Shown in pieces: positions 58,556 to 64,000 of a DNA stretch of 64,000 nucleotides. Location: positions 267,587-331,586 of the forward strand of contig CAZNEE010000001.1 in assembly GCA_964572255.1 (NCBI GenBank), written 5' to 3'. Below the pieces are notes generated by a model. That model worked only from the letters and a program-made list of their open reading frames with translations. It was not told the origin of the DNA and did not search any database. The stretch is from an uncultured Planctomycetia bacterium (GTDB lineage Bacteria; Omnitrophota; Gorgyraeia; Tantalellales; Tantalellaceae). Position numbers and translations under genes: made by a program. Every line of letters starts with the position of its first letter. Within the stretch, counting starts at the first letter, position 1.

Positions 58556-59734
58556 ATGGCGAAGAAGAAAAAAGTGGTACTGGCATATTCAGGAGGGCTT
58601 GATACTTCCGTTGCGATAAAGTGGTTCATGGACCGCGGGTATGAAGTCGTGTGTTTTATGGCGGATGTAGGACAGGGCGAAGAGACCAAAACCGCCCGGG
58701 AACGCGCCATTAAGATCGGTGCGAAAAAATGTATCGTTGCGGACCTGAAAAAGAAGTTCGCAGCCGACTATGCTTTTAAGGCACTGAAGGCCGGCGCGCT
58801 TTACCAGGGGAAATATAATCTGGCTACGGCGTTGTCGCGTCCCTTGATCGCGGAAGCGATGATAGATGTCGCGAAAAAAGAAAAGGCTACCGCGGTCGCG
58901 CATGGCTGTACGGGCAAAGGTAATGATCAGGTAAGGTTCGAAGTAACGTTCCACTTGAAAGCGCCTAAGTTGAAGGTCTTTGCGCCCGTACGGGAATGGG
59001 AGTTAAAGACGCGTGAAGAAGAAATAAAATACGCGAAGAAACACAAACTGCCCATAGAGCAAAGTAAGAAAAAGATATACAGTATTGATAAGAATCTGTG
59101 GGGTGTCAGCATAGAAAGTGGAGTGCTGGAAAACCCGTGGAAAGAGCCTCCGGCGGATACTTATATTACGACTAAGAGGCCTGAGAAAGCGCCTTCAAAA
59201 GCCGGTTACGTAACCGTTGAATTCGCGAAGGGCGTACCTGTTTCGTTGAATAAGAAGAAGTATGACCCTGTAAAGCTCATCGCCAAACTGAACCAGATAG
59301 GCGGTCTGCATGGTGTCGGCAGGGTGGACATGATAGAAGATCGTCTCGTAGGCATAAAGTCACGCGAAGTGTACGAAGCTCCCGCTTCAACGATGCTTTA
59401 CGCGGCGCATACTTCTCTTGAAGAACTTGTATTGGATAGGGAAACAAGGCGTTATTTGAAAGGGATATCCGAAAGGTATTCCGAAATGATCTATTATGGC
59501 TTGTGGTTCACGCCTCTCAAGGAAGCTCTTGATGCGTTCATAGACAAAACGCAGGAGAGGGTGACGGGCGAGGTAAAACTTAAGCTTTTCAAGGGAAGCG
59601 TTACTGCGACAAGCAGGAAGAGTCCGCATTCCCGATACAAGGTGGAATTGGCTACCTATGGGAAAGGCGATGTATTTGACCAGTCATTGGCCAAAGGTTT
59701 TATAGATCTTTGGGCGATGCCGTACAAAAAATAG
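58556..59734 (+). CDS. argG: Argininosuccinate synthase
   Basis: AYSGGLDTS, HGCTGKGNDQVRF, GIKSREVYE. Confidence 0.97.
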   Translation: MAKKKKVVLAYSGGLDTSVAIKWFMDRGYEVVCFMADVGQGEETKTARERAIKIGAKKCIVADLKKKFAADYAFKALKAGALYQGKYNLATALSRPLIAEAMIDVAKKEKATAVAHGCTGKGNDQVRFEVTFHLKAPKLKVFAPVREWELKTREEEIKYAKKHKLPIEQSKKKIYSIDKNLWGVSIESGVLENPWKEPPADTYITTKRPEKAPSKAGYVTVEFAKGVPVSLNKKKYDPVKLIAKLNQIGGLHGVGRVDMIEDRLVGIKSREVYEAPASTMLYAAHTSLEELVLDRETRRYLKGISERYSEMIYYGLWFTPLKEALDAFIDKTQERVTGEVKLKLFKGSVTATSRKSPHSRYKVELATYGKGDVFDQSLAKGFIDLWAMPYKK

Positions 59735-59746
59735 CGAGGAGAGATC

Positions 59747-61123
59747 ATGACAAAACTATGGGGCGGAAGGTTTTCCGGGAAGGAAATGGTTCCTTTTGTT
59801 TTGGAGTTCACCTCAAGTCTTGGAGTTGACAAGGTGCTTGCAGAATATGACTGTAAGGGAACCATGGCTCATGTGGAGATGCTCCACAAATGCGGATTTA
59901 TTCAATCAGGCGATAAAAAGGAGCTTATGAAAGCTTTAAAAGGACTGCTCGCTGAGATAGAGAAACCTTCATGGAAGCCGGGCAAGGCCGAGGATATACA
60001 TTCTTATGTCCAGAATCATGTGGAAAAAGAAGCGCCGAAAGCCGCAAAAAAGATGCACACTGCAAGGTCCCGGAACGAGCAGGTAGTAAATGATGTAAGG
60101 ATGTATTGCAAGGATAAGGCGAGTGAACTCGTTGGACTTGCGCAAGATATGCAGCGGGCTCTTGTGAATTTAGCCGCCAAGACAACATCGGTTATAGTTC
60201 CCGGTTATACACATCTTAATCATGCTCAGCCGGTTGTTTTTGCTCATCTTGTTCTGGCTTATGTTGAGATGCTCCAGAGGGATAAAGAGCGTATTGAAGA
60301 TGCCCTCAAAAGGTGCGATGTATCCGTTATGGGTTCGGGAGCTATCGCCGGATCGTCTCTAAAGATAAACCGCAAGTTTATCGCGAACAAACTGGGATTC
60401 AAAAAAGTCTCCGCAAACAGTATTGATGCGGTCAGTGACAGGGATTTTATGGCGGAACTGTTATTTTCGCTCAGCATGGTTGCGGTGCATCTCTCACGCA
60501 TAAGCGAGGACCTTATCCTTTACAGTATACCCGAGTTCGGGTTTGTGGAAATATCTGAAGAATACTGCACGGGAAGTTCGCTTATGCCGCAGAAGAAAAA
60601 TCCAGATGTGCTGGAACTGGTAAGGGGGAAGTCTGCCCAGGTGATCAGCAGCTTGAATTCACTGCTTGTGCTTTTAAAAGGCCTCCCTCATTCATATAAC
60701 AGGGATCTCCAGGAAGATAAAAAGCCTTTGTTCGAATCGGTCGAACTTATAAGTGCGGAACTTAAGATAATGACGGATCTTATTAAAAAGATCAAGGTTA
60801 AGAAGGACGGGGGCAGGAAGGCGCTTGAAAATGAGTTTATTTACGCGACTGACCTGGCCGAGTATCTTGTCTCGAAAGGCGTTGCCTTTAAGGATGCGCA
60901 TGATACGATCGGCAAGATAGTAAAACATTGCACGGAAAAGGGTGTAAATATATCCGATCTTTCTCTCAGCGAGCTTGAGCATTTTTCAAAAGAATTGGGG
61001 AAAGATGTTTACGCATTTCTGGATCCGGAACATTCCGTGAACATGAAAAAAACTATAGGAAGCACTAATCCCAAGTTCGTAAAAAAAGAAGTAGCAAATT
61101 GGAAAAAGAAAGTAGGGAGATAG
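59747..61123 (+). CDS. argH: Argininosuccinate lyase
   Basis: LWGGRF, HTARSRNEQ, GYTH, TGSSLMPQKKNPD, YNRDLQEDK. Confidence 0.97.
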   Translation: MTKLWGGRFSGKEMVPFVLEFTSSLGVDKVLAEYDCKGTMAHVEMLHKCGFIQSGDKKELMKALKGLLAEIEKPSWKPGKAEDIHSYVQNHVEKEAPKAAKKMHTARSRNEQVVNDVRMYCKDKASELVGLAQDMQRALVNLAAKTTSVIVPGYTHLNHAQPVVFAHLVLAYVEMLQRDKERIEDALKRCDVSVMGSGAIAGSSLKINRKFIANKLGFKKVSANSIDAVSDRDFMAELLFSLSMVAVHLSRISEDLILYSIPEFGFVEISEEYCTGSSLMPQKKNPDVLELVRGKSAQVISSLNSLLVLLKGLPHSYNRDLQEDKKPLFESVELISAELKIMTDLIKKIKVKKDGGRKALENEFIYATDLAEYLVSKGVAFKDAHDTIGKIVKHCTEKGVNISDLSLSELEHFSKELGKDVYAFLDPEHSVNMKKTIGSTNPKFVKKEVANWKKKVGR

Positions 61124-61124
61124 C

Positions 61125-62375
61125 ATGCATGAATTTGGATATATAAACGGGGCGCTTCACTGCGAAGACGTTCCCATCAGTGATATTATAAAAGAATATC
61201 AAACGCCTTTTTACCTTTACAGCTACAATACGCTGATAGACCATTACAGGAAGATAAAAGAGGCTTTCAGGGAAGTATCTCCGCTTATTTGCTTTTCCAT
61301 GAAATCAAATTCGAACCTTAATTTATGCAAAGCGCTTGTTAATGAAGGAGCGGGGCTTGATATCGTATCAGGCGGAGAACTTTTCAAGGCCATGAAAGTA
61401 GGCTGCCCCCCGAAGAAGATAGTTTATGCAAGCGTCGGCAAGACAGAAGAGGAGATAGGATCCGCGATCAAGGAAGGGATACTCTTTTTCAATGTTGAAT
61501 CCGTACCGGAGCTTATAATGATCGACAGTGTAGCGAAACGGCTTAAGAAGAAGCCGAAGATAGCACTGCGTCTTAATCCGGACGTCAAGGCCGATACGCA
61601 CGATTATATTACAACCGGCACAAAGGAGAAAAAGTTCGGCATAGATTTCAAGACCGCGGAGGATGTTTTTGACAACGCTAACAAGTATTCGAACGTAAGT
61701 CTGAAAGGTATCCACCTGCACATAGGTTCACAGATAACCGACATTAAACCTTTCGTCACAACGATAAAAAAGGCTTTGGAATTTATCGAGAAAAGCCGCA
61801 TTAAAATAGAATATTTTAATATCGGAGGGGGATTCGGTATCAACTATAAAGATGAGAAAGCAAAGACCGCGCAGCAATTTGCTGACAAGATCGTGCCGCT
61901 CATCAAAAAGAGATCTTATAAACTTATCCTTGAGCCGGGGCGTTTCATAGCCGGGAACAGCGGGATACTGGTGACAAAGGTGATCTATGTAAAAACAGGC
62001 GCTACCGGTAAAAAGTTCGCCATAGTGGATGCCGGCATGAATGATCTCATCAGGCCCAGTTTATATAATGCCTATCATGAAGTTTTGCCGGTTGTTGAAA
62101 GAAAAGCTAAAAAAGAAAAATATGATGTAGTCGGTCCAATATGCGAGAGCGGCGATTACCTGGCATTAGGCAGAGAACTCCCCGAACTTGTGGCTGAAGA
62201 TCATCTTGCGGTCATGAGCGCGGGTGCTTATGGATACGTCATGGCCTCGAATTATAACTCCAGGCCCAGGCCGGCTGAATTATTGGTCATGAACGGTTCA
62301 ACTAAGGTGATCCGCCCGGCGGAGACCTACCGCGACCTGGTAAGCGGTGAAAAAATAATAAGAGAGCTGAAATGA
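61125..62375 (+). CDS. lysA: Diaminopimelate decarboxylase
   Basis: MKSN, DIVSGGE, KFG, HIGSQ, GGGFG, EPGR, GPICESGD, GAYG..M.SNYN. Confidence 0.96.
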   Translation: MHEFGYINGALHCEDVPISDIIKEYQTPFYLYSYNTLIDHYRKIKEAFREVSPLICFSMKSNSNLNLCKALVNEGAGLDIVSGGELFKAMKVGCPPKKIVYASVGKTEEEIGSAIKEGILFFNVESVPELIMIDSVAKRLKKKPKIALRLNPDVKADTHDYITTGTKEKKFGIDFKTAEDVFDNANKYSNVSLKGIHLHIGSQITDIKPFVTTIKKALEFIEKSRIKIEYFNIGGGFGINYKDEKAKTAQQFADKIVPLIKKRSYKLILEPGRFIAGNSGILVTKVIYVKTGATGKKFAIVDAGMNDLIRPSLYNAYHEVLPVVERKAKKEKYDVVGPICESGDYLALGRELPELVAEDHLAVMSAGAYGYVMASNYNSRPRPAELLVMNGSTKVIRPAETYRDLVSGEKIIRELK

Positions 62376-63193
62376 TGAAAAGAAAATATAATCTTTGTTT
62401 TACAAAAGCCGTGGCGAGCGGCAACGATTTTATCATTATAGATAACAAGGCGGGAGAGCTTGATTCAAGGCAGCTGGATTATTCCGAGATCGCGCGTGAT
62501 ATCTGCTCAAGACGGCATTCCATAGGAGCCGACGGGCTTCTTGTCCTGGAGGCAACGGAAAAAGCTAATTACCGCATGAGGATAATAAATCCCGACGGAT
62601 CGGAAGTTACCATGTGCGGTAACGGCATAAGATGCAGTTCTCTTTATGCCTCCGAGAGCGGCTGGGGAGATACTCTTAGCGTAGAGACGGGCGCGGGGAT
62701 ATTAAACACCGAAGTTAAAGAGAATAACGTAAAAATAAAGATGAGCGACCCGACGGATCTTAAACTTGATATTAACCTGGGTATCGGGTCTAATCTGATG
62801 AAAGTACATTATATTAATACCGGTGTGCCGCATGTAGTGCATATAGTTGAAGATCTTGATAATTATCCGGTTACTGATATCGGACGCCAGATCAGGGAGC
62901 ATCCCTTATTTGAGCCGGAAGGCACAAACGCGAACTTTGTAGCGGATGTGGAAGGAAATAAAGCGTCTTTACGTACGTATGAACGCGGGGTTGAAGATGA
63001 GACATTGGCTTGCGGGACAGGAACAACGGCTTCGGCCATAATCTTAGGGCTTTTGGATTTCGTTACTTCACCCGTGAAAATTAAGACCCGGGGCGGAGAA
63101 GAACTGACAGTATATTTCACCAGATCCGGAAGGAAAGTCACGGACGTTTATCTTGAAGGCGCGGCTTCGCTTATTTATGAAGGTAAAATATAA
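62372..63193 (+). CDS. dapF: Diaminopimelate epimerase
   Basis: GNDF, GADG, NPDGS..MCGNG.RC, GVPH, ERGV..ETLACGTG. Confidence 0.96.
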   Translation: MMKRKYNLCFTKAVASGNDFIIIDNKAGELDSRQLDYSEIARDICSRRHSIGADGLLVLEATEKANYRMRIINPDGSEVTMCGNGIRCSSLYASESGWGDTLSVETGAGILNTEVKENNVKIKMSDPTDLKLDINLGIGSNLMKVHYINTGVPHVVHIVEDLDNYPVTDIGRQIREHPLFEPEGTNANFVADVEGNKASLRTYERGVEDETLACGTGTTASAIILGLLDFVTSPVKIKTRGGEELTVYFTRSGRKVTDVYLEGAASLIYEGKI

Positions 63194-63248
63194 TTGATCC
63201 CGCAACTCGCGCGCATTGAGCAAGTTGTGAACAGGAAGGAGTAGTACC

Positions 63249-64000
63249 ATGTTTAAAGGTTCATTTGTTGCTTTAGTGACACCATTTAAGAACGGTAAGC
63301 CGGATGAAAAGACATACCGTAAATTGATCGAGTATCATATTGATAACGGGACGGATGGTCTTGTGCCATGCGGATGCACCGGTGAAGCGGCTACGCTTAA
63401 TATGGAAGAGCAGAAGCGTTTAATAAAGATAGCTGTTGAAACCTGTGATAAACGCATACCGGTTGTTGCGGGAACAGGTTCCAATTCAACTGAGGAAGCG
63501 ATAGAGCTTACAATTTCCGCGAAAAAAGCGGGTTGTGACGGAGCTCTCATAATCACACCGTACTACAACAAGCCGACTCCCGAAGGCCAGTACAGGCATT
63601 ATTCCCAGATCGCCAAGGCCGCCGATATACCCATTATGTTGTATAACGTACCGTCGAGGACAGGCATATCGCTTTTGCCCGCAACGGTTGCCCGCCTGTC
63701 AAAGGTCGATAACATTGTCGCCATAAAGGAGGCCGCGGGGAGCGTGCAGCAGGTAACCGAAATTTTAGCGCGCTGCGATATTACCGTTATGAGCGGCGAT
63801 GATTCGATGACTTTACCGTTCATGTCAGTCGGGGCAACGGGAGTTGTAAGTGTTGTAGCGAATATTATTCCCGGCAAAGTGCATGATTTGGTGCAGACGT
63901 TCTCGGACGGAAAGATCGACGAAAGCCGTAATATCCATTTTGAGATACTCGAGCTTTGCCATGCGATGTTCATCGAGACCAATCCGATACCGGTTAAAAC
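63249..64000 (+). CDS. dapA: 4-hydroxy-tetrahydrodipicolinate synthase (3' end outside window)
   Basis: Not in the ORF track; read manually: MFKGSFVALVTPF...GCTGE...GTGSNST...PYYNKP...YNVPSRTG...IKEA...SGDD...ETNPIPVK. Confidence 0.95.
   Translation, partial: MFKGSFVALVTPFKNGKPDEKTYRKLIEYHIDNGTDGLVPCGCTGEAATLNMEEQKRLIKIAVETCDKRIPVVAGTGSNSTEEAIELTISAKKAGCDGALIITPYYNKPTPEGQYRHYSQIAKAADIPIMLYNVPSRTGISLLPATVARLSKVDNIVAIKEAAGSVQQVTEILARCDITVMSGDDSMTLPFMSVGATGVVSVVANIIPGKVHDLVQTFSDGKIDESRNIHFEILELCHAMFIETNPIPVK

Noticed and set aside
63201-63229. Hairpin upstream of dapA as a lysine riboswitch or terminator
   Set aside because: The 55-nt gap is far too short for a lysine riboswitch; the stem has mismatches and no U-tract

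Overview
Bacterial chromosomal window in which every credible gene is on the + strand. The gene content and style would fit a PVC-type lineage such as Ca. Omnitrophota, but that is only an impression. 1-33 kb: a large cell-surface glycan/LPS locus with about 15 glycosyltransferases (GT2, GT4, GT9, GT-C-like), Wzx, WecB, a WcaJ-type priming enzyme, an O-antigen ligase-like protein, GmhB, three sulfotransferases, five SAM methyltransferase domains, a DUF4910-like protein and a CDP-alcohol phosphotransferase. 33-49.5 kb: housekeeping genes (priA, fmt, gap, pgk, tpiA, secG, a peptide ABC transporter, leuCDB, asd, truA). 49.5-52.2 kb: an accessory island of three PEP-CTERM surface-protein genes. 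Two of them are preceded by GEMM-I (c-di-GMP-I fold) riboswitches with variant ligand-contact bases. Both have A at the Vc2 G20 position, the known cGAMP-type change. The second also has U at the C92 position, a combination reported as an engineered c-di-AMP-shifted mutant. Both share an expression platform in which the terminator is nearly the reverse complement of aptamer hairpin P2. 52.3-64 kb: rplM-rpsI, then argCJBDFGH-lysA-dapF-dapA (dapA runs off the window). A 30-bp REP-like repeat occurs three times and a MITE-like inverted repeat once. No rRNA, tRNA, CRISPR array or transposase was seen. All calls come from manual motif recognition, not database searches.
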